Source of the DNA: Spironucleus salmonicida
Lineage: Eukaryota
Assembly: GCF_000497125.1 (NCBI RefSeq)
Contig: NC_090600.1
Span: 558,001 to 622,000 of the forward strand
Direction of reading: 5' to 3'
Length of the DNA: 64,000 bases
Numbering within the stretch: the first letter of the stretch is position 1; the number at the start of each line of letters is the position of its first letter. This document shows, one piece after another, positions 1-13,441 of this stretch. The notes under the pieces were generated by a model. That model searched no databases. It was not told the origin of the DNA and saw only the letters and a program-made list of their open reading frames with translations. The position numbers were made by a program, and so were the translations under genes.

Positions 1-2
1 AT

Positions 3-1883
3 AAATAGATCATTGTATTATAATAAAATATTAATGATTTGGATGCTAGATTTGATAGTTTATAACAAATAAACAATTAACTATAAGAAAACTTCTCAGA
101 AAATTAAAAAAATACATCATAAAAAGACATTACAATATAAAATTATGCAAAGGATTTAACCAATCTTTAGTTTCAATATACAGAAGTATAAAAAAATTTA
201 GCTCACTGTTAAGCATCAATGAATTCTTTTAATATTGATTTATAAAATTATTAAGACGTAATTTTTTAAAAAGAAAAAGAAATTATTAGTTTGAAAAGTT
301 AAATTTTACAGATAGAATCGCACAATTCAAAACTATAAAAATAAGACACTACTGAATATACAAAATCACAATAATTATCATATTTAGCGGGACCTTCACC
401 AGACACTAAAATAGGTACCAATACCTACCCAGCTACAGAATAAAACGAAATTCCTACCAATTAACATATTGAATCTGATTAATCCAATACACCAGGACTC
501 GATAATACTTACTTAAAAACACAATCATCTCTCACTAACTGCAAATTATTGCAAGAACAAGTTTATGCCCTAAATATCGAAAATTTATAGCTTAAATCTG
601 AGCATTTTCAAGCGTAAAACCTTGCACAAACCACTGCTCAGGAAATTGAACTCCTGAAAAACTAAATAGAAATATTAACAAATACAGTGAACGATTTGAA
701 CAGACAAAACTCGTCTTTTACGTCATTTTTAGATACCTCACAAACTGCAGAGAACTCAAAAATCAATAAAATTTTAACCTCGAAAACCGCAGAACTCACT
801 GCCCTGCACACCGAAAACTCAAACCTCCAATCTCAGCTCCAAATTGCACTACACTAAAATCTTCAGCTCACGCAGCGAATCGAAGCATAAGAAATGGAAA
901 TTCAAAATCAAATTGAAAAAATATAATTTTTAACTCAAAATTTAAATTCTCTAAAACAGTCAGAAACTTCGTACATCGAAATTCTCTCAGAAAACAACCC
1001 CCAAGTGCTCAAATTCGAACTGAGCGAGGCCGAAAAGCGTCTCAAAAGCGAGAAGTTGCAGGCCCAGGAACTCCTCAAAATCGCCGAAAAATTGCAGGAA
1101 AAACTTGACGCCAAAAAGTCGAAAATCGAGATTCTGACGAGCGAAAATCGGCGTTTTTAGCTCTAAATTATCGACCTGGAGAACCAGATTCAGCTTGAAA
1201 AAATGGGTCAAAATGAAGCGGATTTCGGCGGTTTTCAGGCCAAAATTAAGCTCATCGAAGAAGCGAATTTAAGCGTCTAGAGGAGTTTGCTTGAAGGTGA
1301 TAAAGGGAGCGGAAATGAAATAGGAGTGGAAAGTTAAAATCTAAATGCTATTTAAAAAGAAATGGAAAATCAAATTGTAAGTCAATTTGAAACTGAAATA
1401 AACGACTTAAAGGCTGAAAATGAGAATTTGAAGTAGCAGATTGACCGTTTGGAGCAGGAAATCGAAGCCCTGAGGGCGCAGAACGCGGGACTTTTGCAGG
1501 CCGAAGAAAACGATTTCCAGAAGGGCGAAGCTCAGATTCAAACAGAGCAAAACTGGGAATTAAACACCGTGGAAAAGGCCCCCGAGGCCTCAATTTAGAG
1601 CAAAAACTCGCCCCCGGACGGCACGGACGAGGTCATCGAGTACTACCGGCAGCAGCTGCACGAGGCGCACAACATGCTCCGGGACCCGAAATACAGCATG
1701 TACAGGCTCGAAACGATGCGCCACGACCACAAAGTACTGGCCAGGCAGTTCGACGCTGTGAGCCAGCAGCTCGCCGCCGAAAGGGAGGCGCAGAAGCGGA
1801 TGGAGGCCGCGAACGAGGTGCTCCGGATCGAGGTGCTGAACTTAAGCTGCGGCCGCAAAACGCTTGAAAATGAGGCTGAGTGA
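3..1883 (+). CDS. Long coiled-coil protein, 5' end outside window
   Basis: Frame 3 reads KQIIVLQQNINDLDARFDSLQQ from base 3 (TAA/TAG=Gln) and is in frame with track ORF 1674..1883. E/Q/K/L-rich. Ends GAG-TGA. Confidence 0.8.
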
Positions 1884-2324
1884 GCGTTGGACTTAACGAA
1901 GGTGAAGCATTTCGGTGTCTGCGCTAGGTAATTGTGGGGGAAATTAAGTAGATAGTAAAGTAGGGCTATTGAGGTTTGCAGAGTAAAAACAGTGTGTCTA
2001 GCTGCTTTTAAGGCTTATAACGACTGCCTGGGAAAGAGCGGCTCTGAAAGGTGCGTAAAACACAGTTTTCGTTTTTAAACTGAATTTAAAGCGAAGCTCG
2101 CTAATGATTATTTAAATTTATTAAATAATTGCCATTTAGGTCGAATTTTTACCAGTTAGCGTTCTCAACGGCCCTCTTTCACGTTTCAATCAGAATAAAA
2201 ATCAAAAAAATCAACCCCCTCGTAAACACCCCTGCAACCACCCCACTGCCGCCTCCTGAATTCAATAGAAATCCCATTTCGCAAACCCGTAGAATTTGCT
2301 CCATTTATTTATCATATATAACCA

Positions 2325-2670
2325 TATAATAATATAATAATATAATAATATAATAATATAATAATATAATAAATAATATAATAATATAATAATATAATAA
2401 TATAATAATATAATAATATAATAATATAATAATATAATAATATAATAATATAATAATATAATAATATAATAATATAATAATATAATAATATAATAATATA
2501 ATAATATAATAATATAATAATATAATAATATAATAATATAATAATATAATAATATAATAATATAATAATATAATAATATAATAATATAATAATATAATAA
2601 TATAATAATATAATAATATAATAATATAATAATATAATAATATAATAATATAATAATATAATAATATAAT
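2325..2670. repeat. AT-only tandem repeat, 8-bp unit TATAATAA, about 43 copies, followed by (TAT)n
   Basis: Directly visible. One interruption near 2371. Confidence 0.95.
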
Positions 2671-2820
2671 TATTATTATTATTATTATCATAATATAATT
2701 ATATAATTATTATTATTATTATAATTATTATCATCATAATATAATAATATAATTATAACAATATAATAATACATTCCTCAACTCCCTTCCACTTACTCCA
2801 ATTTTATATAATAATACAAC

Positions 2821-3696
2821 TCACTCCATAACTTCTTTCCCTTCCACAAGCCAGTATTTTCGAACGGCCTGGCACTCGTCGATACTCGCGAATTCGAGCT
2901 GAACGGAGTGGCCAAAAGTGCGAGATTTCAAAGCGTTGAAACTGAGGGCCTTTTCGAGGTCTGCCTGGCCCTCGCAGGCCAAAGTGATCTTCTTTAGCTC
3001 AAATTCGGCCGATTTTAGCTCATTTTCGTTGATTAGGAAGATCTCGTACGTCTTATTTCCAAGCGAATTGATGGACTTGAACGCGTACCGCTCGCGCAGA
3101 ATCTTCATTGAACTGAAATCGCAAATTATCGAATTCGAAATTTCGATCGAAAAATCGGATTGCGAGAGATATTTTTTTTAGGAGTGGAAAGTCGAAATCA
3201 ATTTGGATTTTTTCAAAAATTCTGATTTGTCTACAAGTGCTATAAAGAGCTGCTTTTGGAGGTGGTAGAACTGGTCAATGGGGAGCAGCTGGTTGATGAG
3301 CTCGTTGACCTAGTCCGGCGGGATCTGGTTGATGAGCACCGCGTACTGCTGCTGGTTGAAAATGATGTAGTGCAGCACGTACAGCAGCTCCGTCTGAAAC
3401 TGCTTCTCGGGGATCGTTATCTGGACCGGATTCTGCTGAATTTTGGCGTTCACGAGCTGCGCGAACGCTTTCACAGCGTGCGTGAGCTGGCTCTGCTGGA
3501 TGATGATAGAGGGCGACAGGAGCTCCACGAACTGGATGCTCAGCTCGATCAGCTGCGATTTCAGCATCCGAAAGTGCTTGAACGACTGGCAGACGATTCT
3601 GAGAGGGTTCTTCTGCAGAATGAGCCCAAATGACGAGAAAATGGTGTCCACGTGCGCGTGCAGCAGTTGTGGGAGCTTGGCTATTTCGATCGTCAT
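2821..3696 (-). CDS. Hypothetical protein, 291 aa
   Basis: Track ORFs 3310..3696 and 2821..3108 share a frame with no TGA between them. C-rich tract before ATG. Ends GAG-TGA. Confidence 0.8.
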
Positions 3697-3999
3697 TTTA
3701 AAGTGGAGTTGTAGAGTGTAAATTGCATATTAGGATATAAAATTGTAAGCTGCTAGAAAGCTTAATTTGGGTATTTAGTATAGGGAGCGAAAGGGTAAAA
3801 TAACAAGTTTGCTCGTATAACGTATATAATAGTTCGTAGTGGAAATATTATATACTTGAAAGGAGAAACTCGAAAGATAACAATAGAATAATATATGATA
3901 TATAATATATAATAAAATTGTGATATGTAATAAATTTTTAAATATCAAGTAGATCCGTGAGTAAAGTTAATAATATTGTATATAAAAGAAAAGAATAGT

Positions 4000-4185
4000 T
4001 CACTTAACATTTTTAGGCTAAATATTAAACGTTTTCAAATCTAGAGCATTTATACTTTTAAAGATTTACAAATTCTAATATTAATCGCTATCAGATGCAT
4101 GATTATTATCTAGTTCATATGTGGATATCGGTGCCTCATTTGTAGGTAGCTTTTTAGTTGATCTGTTTTTAGATATTTTTTTCAT
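4000..4185 (-). CDS. Small hypothetical protein, 61 aa (MKKISKNRSTKKLPTNEAP...)
   Basis: ATG to AAG-TGA in code 6. Basic N-terminus, acidic middle. Confidence 0.45.
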
Positions 4186-5196
4186 TTTCCGGAAATAAAT
4201 ATATGTATTATTAATATGTGATTTAATAATGTTAATGAATAATTTTTGCTGTTATAATGTACGAAATATGCGAGTAGTAAAATCAAACAAACTAAAGTAA
4301 AAGAAACTAGTTTTTTAGTACTAACTAGAAATATAATTAGTTACTGTTTAATAATTATGTATCTACCAAAATCCTTAAAGGCCTTACATATACACTAATG
4401 TTTATGGAATAATATGATTATATTAAAAACACTTTAATATAAATTCTATATTCTTAGTAATAAATATTATATATAATCATTTTTTTAATATTAGGCAATT
4501 AGAATAAATTGTAAATCTACAGTTTGTTTTTTATATTTAATGCTATATTATATAATATTGATTATATAATAAATGTTAATAAATAAATTAATATAAATCA
4601 ATAAGTTAACATATTAAGTTTTAAAGTTATCTTCAAACTATTTGAACTAAATAGCTCTTTGTGTTAGATAGTTAAACTACGAATAATATTAGTACATTCA
4701 AAATTTACTTATTTTAGTCTGTTTTCATTGAAAAAGCAGTATTATTAGATCTACCTAAATTTATTCTTTAATATTTATTATCAGAATGATCTTAAAAATA
4801 TAATCGAAAAAAACTTTATGAATGTTTTTATGAATAATATATTTTTAATAAATTCACACACTAGAGAAACATATAACTTATTTTTATAATGAATGAGTAG
4901 TAAGGAGTTTATAGTGTGTAAAAAGCTTATACTAGTCTCTTATAAAAAACTCGATATATAAAGATTTTACACATAATTTATCTTACTCTAACAATATTAA
5001 TTAACATTTCTGTATGTTTCTAATATATATTGGTAATATTTACTCTTGATGTTAACTTAATTTTAGTTTTGTTTCTTATTTTTAATATCAGTCATATTAT
5101 ATTAATTAATAACGAATTTTATTTACGTTTGTCTATGTTTCCATACACTCCTGAATATAAACTATTATAATATTATTTTTCAACTGAAAAGTTAAA

Positions 5197-6378
5197 ATGA
5201 ATAAATTTTTGTCATTTGGTATCCGAGCAACCGCTGGTTATATATTAATTTTACTCAATTTTCCAATTGCTGCAGCCGTTTTTTATACCATATTTAGTAT
5301 TTGTTTATATAATCCTAAATAATTTTAGTAAATTTAAGATGTTGCAATATTTTGCTTAGGTGTAACTAATTTTTATTTTCATATTGTTGCCGCTTAAAAA
5401 ATGAAGTGGATAAAGCCATTAAATTACTGTGTTAAATATGTAATCGTCACAATAGTAGCCACGTCTATAACAGTTATTTTCTTCTATTTTGATGCAACTA
5501 TAATGATAAGGTGGCTATAGCAAAAAATTTACTCATTAGTAGTAAAAGACTTATATTTTGCCACAGTATGTTTCTTATCTTAGTATTTTATTTGGAATCT
5601 CCACTGGAGTACAAATTTTCCAATCTAACTATTAGTTTGGTACTTAATTGGATGGTTGGTTTACTTTATTGCGCATATGATGGTCCCAATTCATCTACTA
5701 TGCTGTGTTCTTTATACCTTAATAATGAAATAGAGCATATTTCGCTTCGTGACATAAGAAATATGGACTGTTACATTTAGAATAACATGTTTTTCTGTAA
5801 CATTTATAATAAATTTTAGTATATGTTCGGAAGTTGCTAAATATTTTTATCCTAAAGATCCTGTATAATACATAACCAATGTAATATTCTTCATGGGCCA
5901 TCTTCATATGGGATTTATCTACGTAAGCCTAACTTTTACTCTTGAAATTCAAAAAATTGTACTTAAAAATAGAATTATGATCTATCCTTATATTTGCTTT
6001 TGTTATTTTTGGGCACTATAATTAGCAGTTCTCAACTTTTATATTTATCGTAAGATTTTTGTACCATATTTTCTCCATAAATACATAGGTAAAGAAATAT
6101 TCCCTATTGATAATTTATATAACACGGCACCATCAGGGTTTATAGCAAGATTATTTTTTTGCTTGATATTCTCTGAAAAAAAGGAAACAAAAGTAAAAAA
6201 TAAACATAAAAAATAAACACACCAAGATATGTAAGTGAAGAATGATGAGATGGAGAGTAAGACTATTTTAGTAAAATCAGCTTAAGAATAATAGTAATAT
6301 AACTAAAATGTAGATAATTTAGACGATATTTAAATTAGTACTGATGCCATTAGCGGTATGACTAACTTAGTCGAGTGA
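5197..6378 (+). CDS. Multipass membrane protein of unknown family, 393 aa; AT-rich paralog of 41770 and 60682
   Basis: MNKFLSFGIRATAGYILILLNFPI...TNFYFHIVAAQKMKW...MGHLH...DNLYNTAPSGFIARLFFCLIFSEK aligns collinearly with the 399-aa track ORFs. Ends GAG-TGA. Confidence 0.9.
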
Positions 6379-6387
6379 AAATTAGCC

Positions 6388-7299
6388 TCACTCTACAATT
6401 TCTTCGTTCATTCCTTAAAATAATCCATCAACACTAAGATATCTCTCGCCTGAATCATTTATTATAGTTACCACGTCAACGCCCTCCTGCTCCGCTAACT
6501 GCTTAGCGGCGAAAATATTTGCACCACTGGAAATTCCGCATAAAATTCCGCATCTTGCGAGCTACTAAACCATGTTAATAGCATCGTCATCGTTAATTTA
6601 CCTAATTATGTCGGTTTTTTCGTAGTTGTCAGCCACAAAACCAGGAGCAATACCTTAGATTTTATGAGGTCCAGGCTTCCCACCAGAAAAAATTTGAGAG
6701 GTCTATGGCTCCAAAGTTACCGTTTTTATCGATGGAAATACGGTCTTGAGGTGCGACTGGACGCCCGAAATCGTGCCACCCGAGCCGACTCCTGCCAAAA
6801 AATAGGCAGGAGTGATATTATACTACGCACACTGTTTTTCGATCTCTGGGCCTGTGGTCAACTTGTGCGAAAGCGGGTTGCTAGGATTATCGAACTGCGA
6901 GATCTTGGTATAGCCCTAAGAGACCACCATCTGGTCTGCCAAAGCTATGCATCCTGGTATTCCTGTTTTGACAATAATTAACTTTGCACCGTAAGCTTGA
7001 ATCAGCTTTCTACGCTCGATCGACATGGTATGTGGCATGATAATGGTGAGGCTTAGCTTCAGTGCAGCACAGACCATTGCCAACCCAATTCCTGTATTTC
7101 CAGACGTTGGCTCCACTAGTTTTGATGTATTAGTTATCTTGCCGGATGCCAGAAGGTCGAGAATCATCTACTTAGCCGGGCGGTCTTTAATGGAGCCACC
7201 TGGGTTGTTTGACTCGAGCTTCGCAAAGACACGGCCTCTGCTGGTCACTGGAACTTCGATTAGTGGCGTGTTACCTATGAGGTCGATTATTTGAGCCAT
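6388..7299 (-). CDS. cysK: Cysteine synthase (O-acetylserine sulfhydrylase, CysK/CysM family), 303 aa
   Basis: IGNTPL, KLESNNPGGSIKDR (PLP lysine), EPTSGNTGIGLA, GVGSGGT, HKIQGIAPGF, GISSGAN, DSGERYLS. Confidence 0.95.
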
Positions 7300-7549
7300 T
7301 TTGTAAAGTGTAGATTTAGGGGATATTTTACTTAGTATAATTTACGGTATAAAAACTATTTTCAGATTTCTTAGCAACCTATAACTAGTCTTAAATAATA
7401 TAATAGGTAAATTGTAGCATAGGAACTTTTAGTATACAAATGTAGTATACGATTCAATAAATAAAATAAGCATGCATTACGCAAAATTCATCTAGTTTCT
7501 CATCTATCAACTTCTAGCATCAACTATAAGTTATTGAAAATACTTCATT

Positions 7550-9559
7550 TCATTGCTCTCCAACATTACTGTCTTCTCTACCCCTCCTTTTTTTAACACC
7601 TTCTAGTTACACTTATAAACTACCCATCTCACCTTTAATTTCACTTATTCCTATTTCCAATTAGCTTTCTACTCCTTCAATACGATCCTTCCAATCACTA
7701 AAATTTGTTTTAATTTTCTTAACATCGAATGTTAGTTCTGTCAAAATAGGCTCATTTTCTAACATTTATCCTGAGAATTATTCGGCTTTTTACTTATTTA
7801 GTTAATTTAATTTTTCATTAAACTCCATTCGTTCTTCTAGACCACGTAGTTCTTAGCCATTCTTTACCATATATTCATTGAATAGTTTCGAGTTTGACCC
7901 CAAAAATACTGAGCTAGCCGCCAAATCAGATTATTTTTGTTATATGTAATCTAATGCTTTAAAATTGTCCTATAATGTTAATTTTTAAGCATTCTAAACG
8001 TTTTCCATAGAATATAAAGAAATTTCAAATGCGTTATTTAATGAATTTTGAGTAAGCTAATTTTAGTCACGTAACTAAATCTAAGTTTAAATATATTCAT
8101 TTGTTTTTAACAAATTTATCTCTAATTCAGATATTGATTATTTGTGTGTATCTGTTTATGCTTAGTTTAAAGATAAAATATCATTTGCTTACGCCATTTA
8201 TGAATTAAGTGTAGCAATATCTTATTAGTTAGTTTATATAATAGTATTAAGTTCATTATACTAATGGGAAAATGCTTACTAAACGGTTTCAATATTATTA
8301 ATAAGATCTGTCTTCGCAGCAATTAGTGCGTTGTTTGCATCTTATGTCAAGGTAGTTAGTAAAATTTCTTAATTTGACAGGCTTTATAATGTTTTCTTTT
8401 CAAAACTGCTTAGTTAACTTTATTATTATGTAACTATTTGTTAAAGTTTTTAATTATACTCTTGATACTCTTATAATTACGACTTTAAAGCAGATATTTA
8501 ATGATCTGAATTTTATTACATAGCATCTTATTTCGTAACAATCTGACTTATCTATGCTTAATATTAGATTTACATGATATCTTGCTATTGTTAAATTTAT
8601 AATATCTAAGAATTCATGGACTAGTGCATATTATTTAACGTTGTTTCCTGTTCTGAAGAAATGTGTTGCATTCTTTAGTTGAAATTTTTTTCCTGCTATG
8701 TTAAAGCTTTTTATTATTGTTTTTTGTAATTTAACAATGCTTATTTTTGAAGTAATTAGTCCCTTTCTCTTATTGACTTATTCTATTCTTATAATTCTGC
8801 TATATTATTTTAGAATGAAAGTTACATTGTATCCAGTTTTAGTTCACTATTTTATCCTAAATTTTATATATGTTCTTACATCTATGAATGATTATTATCA
8901 AATAAGGTTTGAATATCAACTTTCGACTACACTTCCTGAGCAACGATCTTTTCAATGTTGTTAATTTTAATGTTAGAATCTATCTCTAATCTGCACTATT
9001 ACTCCATTAACTATTTAAGGACTTAAATTTGAAGAAATAACCCTTTATTAATCTCTTCATTACTAATAATTTTTTATATAAATTCTTAAAAACTATCTAA
9101 ATTCAATATTTGTTAAAAACTCAATTTTAAAGACTCTAATTCATTCCTATGTTCGGTTAGTACTGTCTAGCATGAGTTTATAGATTTATAATATACATCA
9201 TTTAATCGTAAAATTTAATTTTCTTAATCTGATGTTGCATTAAATGTTGAAAAAGAATCGGGAAAGAACCAATACGCTAATTCTTTACAGGCAGCTATAA
9301 TTTTATTTAGTTACAGTTGAAGGTCAGACTTTTGTAAAATTGACAGATTAATAGGAATTATAATTTCATTTAGCTGAGCAATATATTATTTTAATTATTT
9401 TTATTAAAATTCTAATGGAAGAGTATGAACAATTTATAGCTACGATATTATCTTATCAACAGTAAGTTTTATATCTAATAGTTTATAAATTTATGTTAAA
9501 TTTTTAAGATTATAAAGCTCAGTCTTAAGAAGCCTAAGTTGATGGCTATTCGAGTCCAT
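7550..9559 (-). CDS. Coiled-coil protein, about 669 aa
   Basis: MDSNSHQLRLLKTELYNL... Start, stop and spot-checked middle segments share one open frame. Q/E/K/L-rich. Confidence 0.75.
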
Positions 9560-9608
9560 TTAAAAATTTAAATATGTGTATTTATTATAATTAAATTTAA
9601 ATTTCAAA

Positions 9609-10055
9609 ATGGAGATTAATGACCTAATTTAAACAGCTAAGCAAAAGTATACTATGAAACATTAAGTTTGCCCATAATTAGATGAAGTAACTGAACTGAG
9701 GAAATCATTAACTAGCTCATAGCAGTCATCTGGTAAGTTATAAAATATTAATAATCTTATCTAGTTAAATCAGTAAAATCACTAGTCTCTTAGTTTGTAA
9801 ATTGAAATTGATGATTTTAAAAGTTATGTAAATGATAATATACTAGAAAATAAGAATATTCTAGTAGAATTAAAAGATAATTTAGAAATAAATTAAATCC
9901 CTATCTTAAAGCAAAGTACCGTTATTGATGAACCATCTATATTTAAAAAAATAGAGGACTTATCAAGAGCCCGAAAATTTTTAGAGAAACATTTAAAAAA
10001 TGATATTGATTCGGTTAATTCCGAAGTTAAGCAATTAATTCAAGAACTAAAGTGA
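9609..10055 (+). CDS. Hypothetical coiled-coil protein, 148 aa
   Basis: MEINDLIQTAKQK...KQLIQELK. Ends AAG-TGA. Divergent from the previous gene with 49 bp between ATGs. Confidence 0.75.
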
Positions 10056-10406
10056 TTTAAATAATATCAAATTTTGTGTTCCTCTAATATTAATATTTAC
10101 TACATAACTAATAGTTACCGTGAAATATAAGTAACTATGAACTTGTTTCAATTATGCCAAATTTTACTTGATCAAAAAATTATTCACACAAAGTTATCTA
10201 TAAAATTTAAATTTAAAATTAGATTTAAGTATTAATAGATAGAACATACAAATTAATGTTCTTAACGGACTTCAAGTTTAGTATGTGCCTACTTAAAATG
10301 AAAAACTGGTTACATGATTTGACTGAGATAATTAAACCATTCTATTATGTGATCTTAATACTATTTTAATAGAAACTCACACGTTCTGTAAATCTGTATT
10401 ATTTTA

Positions 10407-11045
10407 TCAAATCTCTGAGTCAGTCCTGCAAATTATTTTAAAAATTTCGCTAACACTAACTTTTGATTAATCTTTCTTAGAATATTTCCTATACAATTTT
10501 GATTATAACTATTATTATTTTATTAAATCTCTAGCGAGTTAAAATGCATGATTAGTATGCTCTCTATTTTTTAAAACATGTAGTAGAAAAGTCAAATCAA
10601 TAGCATCAATGTCTCTAAAAATAGGGATAATTGTGTATCCTTCTTTTGAACAACATAACTGATTTGTATATGGTTACGCATAATATTATATAATTTTTTC
10701 TAATACAAATGGCGCTAAATTAAATAAGTTTTTTGGGGTTATAAATTTTTTCTCATTTCTGTATGGAGTTGAGAATTAAAATATAATAGATTAAAATCTT
10801 AATTTTAATTAATAATTTGGTAGTATGTCTTATATTAGACTGATGAAAGGTCTAATAAATTAACTTTTATGTATAATTGTTATATTTTATAATGAAACAT
10901 GAGAATAATATGGTTAAAATGTGTATAGTTAAGATAAAGGTGGAGGAGCCTGTAATATTACTTATTTTTCGTTCAGTTGTTAATAATTAAGTGAGCATTG
11001 CTAAAATGATGGAGATTCTGATTGAGATAGGTTAATGTTGCTCAT
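10407..11045 (-). CDS. Hypothetical protein, 212 aa
   Basis: MSNINLSQSESPSF...CRTDSEI, open in code 6. Confidence 0.6.
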
Positions 11046-11099
11046 TAATATAGTTTAAAAAATAACCTACACTAATAATATATATTTTATACATTTATT

Positions 11100-11897
11100 T
11101 CACTAATCACTTTCTTCCATAATTTATATTTAAAATACATCTTTTCTAAATGTTCTCATTGGCGTTAAAACACTATTTTGATGTTCCCTATTTATTTTTT
11201 CAAAATGCTAGTTTGAGATTCCTTCAAATTTAACAGCAAAAAGATCTTTTATTGCAGTACTGAGTAGGATAGGATCAGCTAACATATTTAATCTAATATA
11301 ATCACCAAAAACCTAACCATCTAAGAAAAGTTCTGATGGATCATCAGTCGTACTAACTCTAAAATAGTCGCGTTAAACTTCTACCAAGTAAACACTAATT
11401 TTATCTTTTAACACCAAATATTAATTAAATTACGTAACCATTTCAAGACAACTATCAGAACTATCTAATGGAAACTGAAACTGTTAGTTTAGTCTTTTAA
11501 GACTATTCTTATATTGAGTAAGCACCCTATTCTCTAATGCTAACAAAAAATTTCCAAATGATGCTATCTATGACGTTTTAAAAAGAGGATTTTTCTAAGC
11601 ATTAACTATAACTGAATTAAAAAAACATACCCCAAATGGCCTTGAAACACAAGAGTTCACAGATTGAATTTATTCATAAGATAGCAAAAAAGATTGATTG
11701 TCTAAAAATCCAAAATATCTAGAGTCAAAATAAACGACTGAATATTATCTTGGAGTTTCGGTCGCAGATAATTCAATCTAGGTTTCGATTACTCTTAGAA
11801 GTTTGCCTTTAGATGAAAATACATAGCTTTTATTAGACTAATAAGCATAAAAATTGCTACCATTTCTATGTAAAAAATATAATTCAGCAAAGCTCAT
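11100..11897 (-). CDS. Hypothetical protein, 265 aa
   Basis: MSFAELYFLHRNGSNF...MEESDQ. Ends TAG-TGA. Confidence 0.7.
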
Positions 11898-12259
11898 TTC
11901 AATATTGCGATATAAATATATTATATATTATCATTTTATTACGGTGAAAATGAATTCTATGTTAAGTCAGTATCTATATACTATTCAAATATAATATTTA
12001 TAATGAAATAATAAAGTAAGAGCTATTCTAGTCTTTTTATGGATCAAGTTAAAAACTCAACTGATATTTAAATTTTTAATTATTATTCATATAGTCATAC
12101 CAAAATCTAGCAATTTATACTATTTTCTGCAAGTTATTATATCTGAATGATTCAAAAATTTATTTATACATATAGTTTGTTTGCTAAGATGAATTGTTCC
12201 CAAAACAAATAATAATACGATTTTCATTAAATAATACCATAAATAAAATATTCTCTGTA

Positions 12260-13339
12260 TCAATCTTCAATTATCTCTATATCCCCATCTTCTGTAAGAT
12301 TGATACCTAAAGCTTAAGCAAATTACTTTTATTCGTTAAAATCCCATTACTTCATCTTTTCATCTCTCCGTTCACTTAGTAAATAATAAGTCGCAGTAAC
12401 ATGGTTAAATTTGTTGCCATTAAGCATTTTAATAACTTTAACTGCATTCCATTCTGGAACTTAACTTATCATTGTATAAACTATTCGAAAATCTATAATT
12501 TCTGAAACATTAGGTTCAACTGGCTTTTTATATTAGTCAACAATATATTCGCTTGCTTAAAGTTATTTAATGCCCCATCTTTTTGATGCATCTCTATTTA
12601 AAAGACCTAACACACATTCATTTGCCATCTCTGGTATATCTTTCACCGGCTCAATTTTTTAAGTCAAAACTAGGTTTAGAACACTTTCAGAATCATCACC
12701 ACAAAAAGGTAGAACCCCATTTAATATAGCATAAAATACTACACCAAGTGCCCAAAAATCACATCTATCATGTTTAATTCTTTTAGAATTCAACAATTCT
12801 GGAGCTGCATAATTAGGTGAAACGATAGAAAAATCTCTTTCTAATACTTATCCAAGTCCAAAATCTACTATTTTAACATTATTTTAATTATCCAATAAAA
12901 TAGATTCTAGCTTTAAATCTCTATGTGCTATTTTTCTAGAGTGAGCATATTGAATAGCACTTGTAATTTAAGCGAATACTTAAGGTATGCTGAATTATTT
13001 TTATCTCATTAAGCAGGTAAAGAGATCATTGCCGTCAATAAACTCAGAAATTACGTAAATATGTCGTGGGGTATCAATAATATCTATTACTTTAACAATA
13101 GAAGGATGTTACACAAGCTTTAAGACCTAAAGCTTTCTAACAAGAAGTTTAAAATCAATTGATTCAAATTTAGCCTTTTCAATGATCTTCATACAGACTT
13201 TTGTACCATTAGTCATATGAACAGCTTGCTTAATTTCACCAAAACGTGATTTAGCTATAGTTTACCCAGTAATATAATTTGATACGCGCTTAACGCGTAC
13301 TTTTACTGTGGATGATGAGTCAGAGCTTCCATCGGACAT
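12260..13339 (-). CDS. CAMK-group (SNF1/MARK-like) Ser/Thr kinase with UBA-like tail, 359 aa; possible pseudokinase
   Basis: VCMKII, HPSIVKV, HRDLKLES, DFG, YAAPE, DFWALGV, NKFNHVTATYYLL. Confidence 0.9.
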
Positions 13340-13441
13340 GTCCTATTTCGGAGCGGAAATGAAAACCCTTTAAATATTATCATAAATTACAAGTAATTAT
13401 TCACACTACGTCATTTACTCAAATCGCTATTATATATTTTA

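Noticed and set aside
2305-2691. 128-aa ORF MIIII...LLYYYIII
   Set aside because: Translation of the AT microsatellite.
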